IMG/VR virus record: IMGVR_UViG_3300045988_157791
DNA from: a virus
Taxonomy: Duplodnaviria; Heunggongvirae; Uroviricota; Caudoviricetes
Strand: one strand, 5' to 3'
DNA length: 64,000 bases
Position numbers and translations under genes: made by a program. The notes under the pieces are model-generated. The model made no database searches. It had not been told where the DNA came from and was given only the letters and a program-made list of their open reading frames with translations. Positions 29,592-39,190 of the stretch are shown here, piece after piece (the first letter of the stretch is position 1; each line of letters opens with the position of its first letter).

Positions 29592-29729
29592 GTGTTTTTC
29601 TCTTCTTTGCTGTTACATAAGCACTACCAAGTGCTGGTTTATTTTCACAAATAAGAAAATGTAGAAAACAATTTATTTAAGGCCATAAGTCATGGCCTTT
29701 ATTTATTCATGCAGAAGGATTTGTAGCGC

Positions 29730-30110
29730 CTAATTGCCGTATAAAATGGGTTGAGGCGCTTGCCAGTAAGCTCCACCGTCCCATGTGAACCCCATGCGAA
29801 TAAGAGTGTTTATTGCGGCTTTGGTAGACTCTGATTCGACGCTGACTTTTCGAAACTCTTGAACCTCTTTCGCCAACTTGTATGTAATTGTGCAGGGGAC
29901 GATTGCAGCCCAGCCTTTCTCATGACTGTTAATGACCATCTGGATGTGACCATCCAGAATAGGTTGATCAGGCATGTTATTGAAAACGTCTGCCTGTTTT
30001 TGAATGTGAAGAAAAAGCCTTGCCAGCTCCATTTGCTCACTACGAGACAAGGGATTATCAAGAGGGCTTTTTGCAAAAGCGGCTATACGCTGTGCGTCAA
30101 TGCCAAACAT
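29730..30110 (-). CDS. hypothetical protein
   Basis: 126 aa ORF. Confidence 0.35.
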   Translation of the reverse strand: MFGIDAQRIAAFAKSPLDNPLSRSEQMELARLFLHIQKQADVFNNMPDQPILDGHIQMVINSHEKGWAAIVPCTITYKLAKEVQEFRKVSVESESTKAAINTLIRMGFTWDGGAYWQAPQPILYGN

Positions 30111-30814
30111 CAGCGCACCTCACCATCTTTATGGCTGGAGTTAACTTCCGTCATTAAATGTCTGACGTAATCGACAAGAGAGCCGCCTGGTGGAATCTGG
30201 CATTCCTCAACTAACTGGAAGTAGATATCCGCTGCATTACGTGTATTGCTACCCGCGCATATTCTTTCTTCCCGAAGTGCATGAAGCTCGTTGATCAAAC
30301 GGTCACACTCTCCGTTACGCTGATCCACAACAGCCTCAAGTTCTGCGACGCGTTCACCTGGCGTCTTACCTTCTTTGCGTTGGATGGTAACGACGAAATC
30401 GCCAATTGCAGGGACGTTGTAATCCAGCTCAAGGTAGTTTTTGGCACCGCTGCGGACGAACTCACCCGCGAACATGGTGGCGAACATCGCAGAGGCCACT
30501 TCGCCGTTGAAAAGTGACTCCAGATCTAACGGAGTCCCGGCATCAAGAGCCTCTTTTGCTGTATCCATTGCATCCATGAACCGATCAAACTCATTGGCGC
30601 GCTTTTCCAAGTTTTTCCATTGCTCGCTCCAACGTTTGGCAACGAAGTCTATGAATGTTTTCGCGGATTCATCAAAATCCCCCTCAAACTTAACGATGCC
30701 TTTATCAATAATGATCTGGCCTACCGCATCCTCTGCATAACCTTTCAATGTAAACTTGAAAGGAAAATCAGAATGGCCTGTGACGTTAAAATGCTCTAAC
30801 TGGAGGTTGTTCAT
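30110..30814 (-). CDS. hypothetical protein
   Basis: 234 aa; conserved start context. Confidence 0.4.
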   Translation of the reverse strand: MNNLQLEHFNVTGHSDFPFKFTLKGYAEDAVGQIIIDKGIVKFEGDFDESAKTFIDFVAKRWSEQWKNLEKRANEFDRFMDAMDTAKEALDAGTPLDLESLFNGEVASAMFATMFAGEFVRSGAKNYLELDYNVPAIGDFVVTIQRKEGKTPGERVAELEAVVDQRNGECDRLINELHALREERICAGSNTRNAADIYFQLVEECQIPPGGSLVDYVRHLMTEVNSSHKDGEVR

Positions 30815-30875
30815 GTGTTTTTCTCTTATCGTTTAGTAACTACATTCTTACACAAATTAGGTAAGTATTTACCTA

Positions 30876-32561
30876 TCATTTAACGCGTTTGAAAACGTAT
30901 ACGCTGACTGTGATCCCTGTGTCTTCAAACTCGTTGGTAAACGACTTCCCTCTGGCATAAACGTAATTATCCATCGTCATCCAGTCCAGTATTGGCGCAG
31001 TGCCCGGCAATACTGCTACAAGACGCCCGCCGACTTTCAGATGCCCCAGCGCAGCCAGCGTGTGCTCTCTATGACGACCAAGCGAGTACGGCGGGTTCAT
31101 AACGATTTTGTCGAACTGATAACCTACGTTGTCCTCAGACCACTTTATGAAGTCGCAGCAAATCGTGTTCGTATACCCTTTTCCGCGCAGGATATCAGCG
31201 AAGAGAGGTGCGATTTCTATGCAGGTAACATCTTCCAGATCGGCGTTGATATAGGCCAGAAGATCCCCACGTCCGGCTTGAGGCTCCAGCAGCTTCTCAC
31301 CAGACTTCAATTCAGTGGCTCTGGCAACGTACTCAGCAATCAAGCGTGGGGTAGGGTAGAACTGGTGTGATTTTGTATCCGGTATTAATCCGGTAGCCAC
31401 AATCGTATTTAGCGTATGGCCGATCTCATACGGGAACTGCCAGTGCTTTTTCTCCTGCACGCCGCCAATGAAGCTCAGTGTGCGCTCAAGCTCTTCCACC
31501 TGCGACTTCTGGAGAGCTGAATCAGAGAAGTACCATACGCCTTTGTCTTTGCTTAATCGCCCGTCACGAAGCGCAGTGCGAACCGGCACGGAGATCGTCT
31601 TCTGGATTAACCCGAACTGCTTTGGTGCCCGTGTTTTTGGCGCGGTGCGACATGGCGCGGGGATTGCAGCAGGCATACTGTAAGCCAGCACCTCATTCAA
31701 CTTCCAGGCCACGTCAGGATGTATTTCAAAGTGAACGTTGCCGTTCTTGAACATCTTCACGCGCATTAGATTTCCATCGACGTTCATCCAGTCACCGGTC
31801 TGGCAGTCGTTTGCCCGATACGCAGCTGATAGCACCTCAGCAGTGCGGTTGATGGTAATAAATTCTTTGTGCGCGAAGAAATGAAGCAAGACACGCAGAT
31901 CGTCGATATAGTCCTCTTTGCGATAGTTCACACTAACGCTGTCCCGCCAGAAATCAGAAATGCAGTCAGCGATTATCAGACGTTCGCTGAAACCGTTTGT
32001 CTTATTTGTCTTGTGCGCAGGACTCAGCGCCTTAAACAAGCCATACACGCGCTCAGAGAGATATTTGTGCCTGTCATTCAGCAAATTAAGCATCGTGGGT
32101 ATGACCGTTTCTGCTTTGAACTCCGGTACACCAACGAACTCTTTAACCTTCATCTGGTAGCCGGTTCTGTCAGTTTTGATGACTTCCTGTTTGCCCTCTA
32201 TAAACTGCTCGCGCCACTCATCTCGACGGGAAGCTGGCATGATCAGCAAAACGTTAGTCATGTCCGTGACCTTCCTCCAGTACTCGGCCCAAATATTCTG
32301 TTTCACCCATTCCAGATCGACTTTATCCAACCAACCTCGATTTAAACGCGAGCGATCTTCATCTGGTCGATGGTTTAGTCTCAGCAGGCGATTAATCATG
32401 TTGTGGCGTTCGTCGCCATAAACGAAGTCGTGTACCTGATACATGAAGGCGATCTCTTTCTCGCACTCGGCCACAATTTCGTGGATGACGTTCATTTCCT
32501 GCCGATAGTCGATAGCAGTGTTTGAGTTGGCATCGTCGATGATGGAAAGGGCTGTATTCAT
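30876..32561 (-). CDS. DNA methyltransferase (NPPY motif) with ~400 aa N-terminal domain of unknown function
   Basis: C-terminal region has AdoMet motif I-like EPQAGRGDL and motif IV VMNPPYS; N-terminal two-thirds unassigned. Confidence 0.55.
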   Translation of the reverse strand: MNTALSIIDDANSNTAIDYRQEMNVIHEIVAECEKEIAFMYQVHDFVYGDERHNMINRLLRLNHRPDEDRSRLNRGWLDKVDLEWVKQNIWAEYWRKVTDMTNVLLIMPASRRDEWREQFIEGKQEVIKTDRTGYQMKVKEFVGVPEFKAETVIPTMLNLLNDRHKYLSERVYGLFKALSPAHKTNKTNGFSERLIIADCISDFWRDSVSVNYRKEDYIDDLRVLLHFFAHKEFITINRTAEVLSAAYRANDCQTGDWMNVDGNLMRVKMFKNGNVHFEIHPDVAWKLNEVLAYSMPAAIPAPCRTAPKTRAPKQFGLIQKTISVPVRTALRDGRLSKDKGVWYFSDSALQKSQVEELERTLSFIGGVQEKKHWQFPYEIGHTLNTIVATGLIPDTKSHQFYPTPRLIAEYVARATELKSGEKLLEPQAGRGDLLAYINADLEDVTCIEIAPLFADILRGKGYTNTICCDFIKWSEDNVGYQFDKIVMNPPYSLGRHREHTLAALGHLKVGGRLVAVLPGTAPILDWMTMDNYVYARGKSFTNEFEDTGITVSVYVFKRVK

Positions 32562-32664
32562 AATTGCACCATTAAGAAGTGATTTGTTTAATGGTGCAAT
32601 TATTTCAAAAATGAAAAGGTACTAAATAGAAATAAACAGGCAATCCTTCAAATAAAGGCATTGG

Positions 32665-33336
32665 CTAATCATACTTGGAGGTATTTATCACCAGAATTTT
32701 GTTTGTATAAATCTTCTTAATATCCCATGTGACATTACCGGAATACCATTGACCGTTATATACTTGGTTTCCAGTTGCACCTGTCATTGTTACATAGACA
32801 GGTCTGTCGTAATCGGTTCGTCTATAGTTATATACCCCAACCATAGCAGGCATTACCGCACATGGATACCCCATATCTATTGTAAATTGAGGGTCAGAAA
32901 TAGTGATAAGTTTCGCATCAAGGGGCATCATCTCACCGTGATACACCATTGCGCCTGCGCTGTTATACATGGCAATGCCATAGCCAGAATGTGGTAACAC
33001 CATATCAGAAAAAGCATAAACTGTTATTGTTCCGGGGCTACCATTTACCTGATGCAATCTGAGAGCATTGTATCCGTTACTATGCTCATGAATAAACATC
33101 ATGTTCGCCTTATTACTGCTTTTTATGAAGAAAAAGCATGATTTGTTTGATGGGATTGATGTTTGAAAAACAGAACCTTTAGATGTAGACATTGTCCCTT
33201 TATTAATCAGATTTTGCGGAGTAAATTCTGGACTCATCCACAAACTTCCATCTGATTGAGTAATTGACATCCCGAACATAATTATCCCCAGTATGTGTAT
33301 ATGTAAGAACCAAGCCCCGTATATAAATTTGACCAA
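32665..33336 (-). CDS. hypothetical protein in AT-rich insert
   Basis: ORF starts with TTG in track; overlaps upstream ORF in a different frame; markedly AT-rich DNA. Confidence 0.3.
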   Translation of the reverse strand: MVKFIYGAWFLHIHILGIIMFGMSITQSDGSLWMSPEFTPQNLINKGTMSTSKGSVFQTSIPSNKSCFFFIKSSNKANMMFIHEHSNGYNALRLHQVNGSPGTITVYAFSDMVLPHSGYGIAMYNSAGAMVYHGEMMPLDAKLITISDPQFTIDMGYPCAVMPAMVGVYNYRRTDYDRPVYVTMTGATGNQVYNGQWYSGNVTWDIKKIYTNKILVINTSKYD

Positions 33337-33563
33337 CTAACCGTATTTCCATTAATAGTAACTGTTGGAACAGGTAAATTAATGTAGTTGTCGTTGTTAA
33401 GAGGCATCAATGACCACACGGCATGTAGCGATTTACCCGGTGGCGGATTGGAGTACGTCTTAGAGCCTGATGACGCAGTAAATCGATCAAGAAAAAAAAT
33501 AGGAGTAAGGAAGCCAGTAACGTTAATTCCTTTATTGTTGTAAATCCCTGTACCGTATGCCAT
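33282..33563 (-). CDS. hypothetical protein in AT-rich insert (possibly N-terminal part of a frameshifted gene)
   Basis: 93 aa, N/T/G-rich; overlaps 32665..33336 by ~55 nt. Confidence 0.25.
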   Translation of the reverse strand: MAYGTGIYNNKGINVTGFLTPIFFLDRFTASSGSKTYSNPPPGKSLHAVWSLMPLNNDNYINLPVPTVTINGNTVSWSNLYTGLGSYIYTYWG

Positions 33564-33618
33564 TTTTCATCCTTGTTTTTTATCAACACAATATGGCCGA
33601 TCATGCGGCCATATCAGA

Positions 33619-34188
33619 TCAATTAGAGCTTTGAAAGGCTTTGTGTGGCTGTGTTGCGAGGTTATGTCGATGGCTTAACTCACGCATCATGTCTTCAAGC
33701 CGACTCTTTGTGTCGTCGAGTTGGTCGGCCATTGCTCCCAAAAGCTGACGAACGGCCATCGGATCATCGCTGTTTAGTGATGGCATTTTATAACCCGCCT
33801 GAGAAGACATAAGATTGAACGCAGACATCAACATCGTTAGAGAGGATTTAAGCCCAGCAATTTCACGATCTTTGCTGGCAATAATCGCCTCACTCTTGTT
33901 AGTGTCATCAGTTCGTTGAGTCTCGCTCACCATATCCAAAGTCGCCTGCAACTTATCAGCGCGCTCTTTTTCAGCAAGATAATGAACACCGAAATGATGT
34001 GCTAAAGCTACAACCTGAGTTGGCTCTTCAAAGGTGGACTCAAAATTAAGTGCTGTAACCACTCTCTCAAATATGGAAACGTCTTCTATTCCTCGAAGAA
34101 TGGCTAACATTTTGACCAGTTCATTAGCATCCATTTCTTCGAATAAGGCGTTTTGTTCATCAGCTATCGCTTTGCATTTCTTGCACAT
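33619..34188 (-). CDS. hypothetical protein
   Basis: 189 aa; upstream conserved block. Confidence 0.35.
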   Translation of the reverse strand: MCKKCKAIADEQNALFEEMDANELVKMLAILRGIEDVSIFERVVTALNFESTFEEPTQVVALAHHFGVHYLAEKERADKLQATLDMVSETQRTDDTNKSEAIIASKDREIAGLKSSLTMLMSAFNLMSSQAGYKMPSLNSDDPMAVRQLLGAMADQLDDTKSRLEDMMRELSHRHNLATQPHKAFQSSN

Positions 34189-34327
34189 GTGTTTTTCCTA
34201 ATGCTTAAACAAGTTGTTTTCTTATTGGCTTTATTGTGATGTGGCATAAAAGGGGAGCAAGCTAAACGTAAAGGTGCAAACTCTCTATTTCGGTCAACGA
34301 AACACAAGGGCCATTTGGCCCTTGTCA

Positions 34328-34486
34328 TTAACACGTTGCTTTACGGACTAGCGGATAAGCGAAGTAGATCGCCAGACCAATGAGGACGCCATCAGAAATG
34401 ACAGACATCATCTTTCCCGTAAAATCCACCAACACCGCCATCACCAGAAGAGCAATGACGGTCACAAGCCGGAATCTCTCAAGCAT
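34328..34486 (-). CDS. small hydrophobic peptide (52 aa)
   Basis: ATG overlaps stop of TerB-like gene (TAATG); MLERFRLVTVIALLVMAVLVDF...; followed by hairpin terminator ACAAGGGCCATTTGGCCCTTGT; below ORF-track cut-off. Confidence 0.3.
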   Translation of the reverse strand: MLERFRLVTVIALLVMAVLVDFTGKMMSVISDGVLIGLAIYFAYPLVRKATC

Positions 34487-34911
34487 TAGAGATAAGCATC
34501 CAGTGACAACTGAAGCGCCTGTGCGATCTTTTTCAGGGCCAGCTCTTCTTGTTCGCCAATACCGTCTTGGTCGGCAATATCAAGGCACAGACACAGTACA
34601 TCTACTGCATCATTAGTCCCGGCCACATCAGCCAGCTCACGTAAAGCCTGGGCATTAGCGCGGCGCGGTGAGGCTTCGTATTGAGCACGGATATTGGCGC
34701 TCATTTGGGCAATCTCACCAGCAAACGGAGAAAACGCAGGCAGAGCTGCAATTGTTTTCTCAAGAATGGAAATTTCCTTTGCGTCGCATGTGCCATCGGC
34801 ATAGGAGATCATGTACGCGCCCCACACGGTGGCTTCAACCGCATCTCGGTTCTCCATTTTTTTGACCTCGATAACAGCTTTACGAGTTTTCTTTTTGAAT
34901 AAACCTAACAT
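34486..34911 (-). CDS. TerB-like domain protein (tentative)
   Basis: 141 aa all-alpha protein with TerB-like pattern (AYMISYADGTCDAKEISILE ... LCLCLDIADQDGIGEQEELALKKIAQAL). Confidence 0.35.
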   Translation of the reverse strand: MLGLFKKKTRKAVIEVKKMENRDAVEATVWGAYMISYADGTCDAKEISILEKTIAALPAFSPFAGEIAQMSANIRAQYEASPRRANAQALRELADVAGTNDAVDVLCLCLDIADQDGIGEQEELALKKIAQALQLSLDAYL

Positions 34912-35004
34912 GTGCTTTCCTTTTGTTATTTGTTAAAACAAGTTGTTTTCTAGTTACATGAATTGCTTACGAAAAGACGGTCAATGCATATGCACTAACA
35001 ACCG

Positions 35005-35202
35005 TCAGAAATAACCAAGTACCGAACCGACTGGAAAAACAAAAATCCCAACAACACGAGCCAAGGTCATACCAGCCTGAAACTGGAGATCACCAGAGCA
35101 AACGAGTTTTACAATGTTCGATACCCAACCGGCGGCCATGAGAGCTATGAAAGCCAGAATCGCCAGCCAAGTTTTTCCAAAGTGATTTGAAAACCAGTTC
35201 AT
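35005..35202 (-). CDS. small membrane protein
   Basis: 65 aa, two hydrophobic helices. Confidence 0.35.
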   Translation of the reverse strand: MNWFSNHFGKTWLAILAFIALMAAGWVSNIVKLVCSGDLQFQAGMTLARVVGIFVFPVGSVLGYF

Positions 35203-35450
35203 ACAACCGCCTTAGTCACAGCATGATCCTGAGTAACTGGATGAACTTGAGGTATCGCATCCACCGTCATCCCATCCAGAGTGACAGGACGCTCTACTGG
35301 AGTGGTGGTAATTGTCGTCGACGGAGGTGTGGTGATGGATGAACCCGGCATCAAAAGGCTCTGGCCGGCTGGAACGGCTATCGTCGCCAGTGAAACTATA
35401 ATGAGAACGTAGGCCATTGGTTTCAGCCTCTTTCTTTGAAAATTTTCCAT
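35199..35450 (-). CDS. small membrane-anchored/secreted protein
   Basis: 83 aa, N-terminal hydrophobic segment then T/P-rich region. Confidence 0.3.
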   Translation of the reverse strand: MENFQRKRLKPMAYVLIIVSLATIAVPAGQSLLMPGSSITTPPSTTITTTPVERPVTLDGMTVDAIPQVHPVTQDHAVTKAVV

Positions 35451-35706
35451 TCGAACTGTCCTTGTTGTTTTTCTCCTTCACTAAAGGCCGTGTACTTTTC
35501 GCTTCGCGTGAAGAACCAGAGGTAACAATCGCCCCCACGTTCGCAACAACTGACGCTTGCTTATCTAAACGTTCATTCAGCAACCGAACGGCAGTCTCTA
35601 GTTCATCAAGACGTGACAGAACACGACCGCTAAATAATTCGGCCAAAATTTGACGTAGTGAACGAGGACGTTTAGTTGCAGAAGTGAAATAGGTTTGACG
35701 TGCCAT
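35212..35706 (-). CDS. hypothetical protein (C-terminal extent uncertain)
   Basis: N-terminal ~85 aa look protein-like; C-terminal S/D/H-rich part overlaps 35199..35450 in another frame and may be spurious. Confidence 0.3.
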   Translation of the reverse strand: MARQTYFTSATKRPRSLRQILAELFSGRVLSRLDELETAVRLLNERLDKQASVVANVGAIVTSGSSREAKSTRPLVKEKNNKDSSNGKFSKKEAETNGLRSHYSFTGDDSRSSRPEPFDAGFIHHHTSVDDNYHHSSRASCHSGWDDGGCDTSSSSSYSGSCCD

Positions 35707-35851
35707 GTGGACTCCATCCAGTGTCAGAAAGAGTTGCGGCTGGCGATTGCCAGCCGCCTTTCTCGTTCCATCCTGGAACTGTGTCTTACCGACACATTGT
35801 CATCCTGACGCCGATAAGATACATGATTTAAAATGATAGGTAAACACTTAC

Positions 35852-36445
35852 TTACTGTTTGTTGTAAACAAAACCAATATCTTTCTTGTGAGGCATATCT
35901 GCTGCGGAAAAAGCTGCGATCTTCGCGAGTCGATCACATATTTCATTTTCACGATGCCCGGCGTGACCTTTAACCCACTTCCAGCGAACATTATGTCGAC
36001 TTGCAGCCTCATCCAGACGCTTCCACAGATCAACATTCTTTACCGGTTTTTTGTCAGAAGTCACCCATCCATTGCGTTTCCACCATTTCATCCACTGTGT
36101 CATGCCGTTTTTCAGATACTGGCTATCAGAGTGCAAAATAACGTTGCATGGATATTTCAAACGCTCCAGCCCGATAAGTGCCCCCATCATCTCCATGCGG
36201 TTATTGGTGGTGCTATGAAAACCATCTGAGAACTCGCGTTCCTCACCACGATACTGGAGAACTATACCGTAACCGCCCGGGCCACCCGGATTTTTAAGGC
36301 AAGAGCCATCACTGAAGATTTTCACGGTTTTAAGCTGGGGATTGAACTCTACGACAGGCGTTGTGGAATTGGTGCGGGGAGAATTTTTGTTTTTGGCTTT
36401 TTTGCGAGTTTTTTCTTGCGATCGGGCTGGTGTCTTCGTCGTCAT
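35852..36445 (-). CDS. rnhA: ribonuclease HI
   Basis: FSDGSCL.NPG..GYG, TNNRME, SDSQY, VKGHAGH..NE.CD motifs match RNase HI; ORF-track GTG start at 36499 replaced by ATG 36445 with AGGAG RBS. Confidence 0.8.
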   Translation of the reverse strand: MTTKTPARSQEKTRKKAKNKNSPRTNSTTPVVEFNPQLKTVKIFSDGSCLKNPGGPGGYGIVLQYRGEEREFSDGFHSTTNNRMEMMGALIGLERLKYPCNVILHSDSQYLKNGMTQWMKWWKRNGWVTSDKKPVKNVDLWKRLDEAASRHNVRWKWVKGHAGHRENEICDRLAKIAAFSAADMPHKKDIGFVYNKQ

Positions 36446-36519
36446 ATAAACTCCTGAATCAAGCGCCGCGCCGATTTTTTTCCTCGCGCGTGCGCACACG
36501 CGTGCGTGTTAATAATTAT

Positions 36520-37030
36520 TAAAATAAACAAATTACTTCCCAGAACAGGTTTTTATAAACCTGAACTGAACGAACGAAGTGAGTGAAGTTCACCTCGAAC
36601 GAAGTGAGAGGTTGTCTTTTCAGGTAATACTCTCCCAGGGAGGTGAGTATAAAAATCCCTCACCAACCTGGTCGTTTCATAACCTGAAAAGTTATGGCCT
36701 AAGTCTACTGCCAGCTTAGACTTGGGAAGTTATGGATGACAGCACCCCAGAACCGAGATCTTCCCACACTTTATGAAGGGGAGTACTGGATTCAACCTCT
36801 CGAAACACCCCAGACTCGACAATCATAAAGTGACCCTTGTCTCCGCTCACTTTGGTTCCCCCTTCCCCGACACCTAAACGGCACCGGTTCTACGCTGGTA
36901 GTGAGCTTTTTTAAACCTGACGCCAGTGACGCTTACCCCCACCCATCAGGTCGAGTCTCCAGTCTACGACTGGAAACTATCAGATCTTAGCACTTACAAT
37001 TCACTTTATGAATAGTTTGTACTTATCTAT
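36520..37030. other. ~500 bp non-coding region with multiple stem-loops and short direct repeats (candidate ncRNA or cis element)
   Basis: No ORF >60 aa; direct repeat CGAACGAAGTGAG x2, hairpin GGTGAGTATAAAAATCCCTCACC, ACCCCAGA.CGA x2, terminal GCTCAC...GTGAGC + TTTTTT. Confidence 0.35.
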
Positions 37031-37260
37031 CATTTCGATTGATTATTTTCTCGACCATGTAGTTGAACATTCAAGGCAAACACCTCGTTAATCAACTCAC
37101 CTAAAAGCTGTTCAACAAGTTCGCGATGCTCCCCAAGATGCAAGCACTTAATTGCCCATTCGTACAAGTTGAAAGCCTGCTCGCGATCTTTCATCATTTC
37201 ACGGGCCTGGGCCAGAAAATCGCTCTCTACGAGCGCAACGACATTAGTCGGGTATGACAT
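37030..37260 (-). CDS. small hypothetical protein
   Basis: ORF track 37030..37284; ATG 37260 preceded by AAGGAAA. Confidence 0.35.
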   Translation of the reverse strand: MSYPTNVVALVESDFLAQAREMMKDREQAFNLYEWAIKCLHLGEHRELVEQLLGELINEVFALNVQLHGRENNQSK

Positions 37261-37365
37261 GTTAGTTTCCTTAAAGTGATTCATAAAATCGATTTTAAAG
37301 CGTCTGGGAAGGGGTTCTAGTGGATTCTGTAGTGATGTTCAGGTCTGGAGTCTCTGATACAAAAC

Positions 37366-37425
37366 AGCCTGCTTCCGTATATTAATAATTAATATGTAGT
37401 TATTTATATATACAGAAGCAGGCTA
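37366..37425 (-). terminator. long hairpin with AT-rich loop (copy 2), probable terminator of methylase gene
   Basis: GCCTGCTTCCGTATAT...ATATATACAGAAGCAGGC; on minus strand followed by GTTTTGTAT. Confidence 0.45.
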
Positions 37426-37445
37426 ATTACAGACGCCAGAACAAA

Positions 37446-38039
37446 CTAAGCAGCCTTCTTTGATGGTCTTTTTTTCCTGATCACATTCGCAGGATCATAC
37501 CCTCCCAGACTTTTCATGACGTCCAAAGGGATCTTGCTTATAGAGTGCCCAGCGTCCTGACAGAATCCTCGAAAAACAACGAGCATACTGCCACCTGGGT
37601 TGATGTTTACTTCTACCTGACCCAGATTGACGTCAGGCTCGACAAACGCTACGCGGCCACCAGACAGAATAATCGTCTCATTCGCACACTCTGTTGCACG
37701 CTCATACCACTTTGTATCTAGGGATTGAGGAATTAGCATCACTGTTGTAACTCCGCGAGCCTGCTCACGTATAGCCGCATCAATCCAGGGGGAGATTTTG
37801 GAGTAGGGTGGATTGAGGAAGGCAATTGTACCTGGCTGTCCCCATTCAGATTTCAAAGCATCACGCTCAACGCCTATGAAATTAGGCAGCTTTGCATTGT
37901 CCTTGTTGCAGGCAACGTCAACATCAAATGTCACTCCAAGATAACGTTGAATGGCAGAAAACAGCCAGTCAGGTGTTCTCCAGAGGTCACGAAGAGAGTT
38001 GTCGCGCTTTCGCTGTTTGATTTTTTCGGCTGCAATCAT
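37446..38039 (-). CDS. phage-type N6-adenine DNA methyltransferase (Dam-like)
   Basis: 197 aa with WRTPDWLF and FLNPPYS motifs. Confidence 0.7.
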   Translation of the reverse strand: MIAAEKIKQRKRDNSLRDLWRTPDWLFSAIQRYLGVTFDVDVACNKDNAKLPNFIGVERDALKSEWGQPGTIAFLNPPYSKISPWIDAAIREQARGVTTVMLIPQSLDTKWYERATECANETIILSGGRVAFVEPDVNLGQVEVNINPGGSMLVVFRGFCQDAGHSISKIPLDVMKSLGGYDPANVIRKKRPSKKAA

Positions 38040-38109
38040 CTTCTTTCTCGATAGGTAAGTAAATACCTATTTTTGCATTTGATTTTATGTCTGGCAATCA
38101 AATAAAACG

Positions 38110-38150
38110 CGCCAGAAATGCAAACGAGAAGCTCTCTGGCGCGTTTTTGT
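38110..38150. terminator. bidirectional intrinsic terminator
   Basis: AAAACGCGCCAGA...CTCTGGCGCGTTTTT. Confidence 0.5.
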
Positions 38151-38222
38151 GGTGCTGGGTATGTGATTGGCTTACCCAGCACTATAAAGCTCTCTATGGG
38201 CTTTATTTTCAGTAGGGGAACG

Positions 38223-39032
38223 TCATCCAATAGTGTACTCCGCGACAAACTTCTTAACGATCGGTGATTCTTCGTTCAATGTTAGATTTCCACCGCCTCT
38301 AACGGCAATTCCTGTCGCTGGAAATACAGCCATCATTTGCCCAGCCTGAGTTGACGCAGTGTTAAGCGGATACGGTTTTTCTGGATTGCTCATTAAAGCA
38401 ATCTTAATACTATTACTTGTAGCCTTCTTTTCTGTGAGAAGGTGTCTCATGGAAATTACCGTGTAAACACTAATATCTGGACCTCCGCTAAACCAATTAA
38501 GAAGGTTTAATATCTTATCCTTTGCTTTGACAGGCGCGTTATCGTAAGCGTCTAAGAAAATATCTTTTTCTAAGCCCGCTTTATTGAAAAACGAATCATC
38601 TTTATCACTTAAAGTAAAACGAGGACCTCTTGCAGTACGAGCTTTTTTATTTGTATTGCTATCATTTGACTGTTGAACTTTTAATTCATCATTAACCTCA
38701 ACACACTCTTCAACCTCAATAAATCCCAATTGTTCTGGCTCGTTTTCGGCAGCTTCAACACTTTCAGCGTTAATTACGTTTATAGGCTCATGCGCTAACT
38801 CCAACTCATTTAAAGCAGAGCTGAAATCACCTGCTTTTTCTTCATTGAACAGTTCTTCGGCAACATCATCAGAACTCATGGCTACGCCAGCATCTAGGCC
38901 GAGCAGCAGATCGTCAATATCATCAGTATTTTCAACCTGTGCAGCTTTTTTTACTGGTTCATCAAGTGATTGCAACATGGCTGTCAGCTCGTCCAGATCA
39001 TCATTTGTCATTACATTTTCAACCGAACTCAT
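38223..39032 (-). CDS. hypothetical acidic protein
   Basis: 269 aa, strongly acidic N-terminal half. Confidence 0.35.
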   Translation of the reverse strand: MSSVENVMTNDDLDELTAMLQSLDEPVKKAAQVENTDDIDDLLLGLDAGVAMSSDDVAEELFNEEKAGDFSSALNELELAHEPINVINAESVEAAENEPEQLGFIEVEECVEVNDELKVQQSNDSNTNKKARTARGPRFTLSDKDDSFFNKAGLEKDIFLDAYDNAPVKAKDKILNLLNWFSGGPDISVYTVISMRHLLTEKKATSNSIKIALMSNPEKPYPLNTASTQAGQMMAVFPATGIAVRGGGNLTLNEESPIVKKFVAEYTIG

Positions 39033-39190
39033 GTAAGTCTCCTTCTGTTTGGTTACATTTGCGTTTCGATGGCTACATTTTGACTAAACCTATCAGGCGG
39101 AAAAGTATTAAATACAGGCAGGAAATGATTGAAAGGCGACTGTTCTTTAAAAGAAAGCCTACTTTAAACTTTTTAAAGTAGGCTTTTGTT

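Noticed and set aside
35460-35706. Treating 35212..35706 as a single confident 164 aa gene
   Set aside because: C-terminal S/D/H-rich half overlaps 35199..35450 in another frame and looks like read-through; only the N-terminal part is protein-like
36520-37030. tRNA gene in the structured non-coding region
   Set aside because: No canonical T-loop (GTTCGAATC-like) with matching acceptor stem found; GGTCGAGTCTCC is only a partial resemblance
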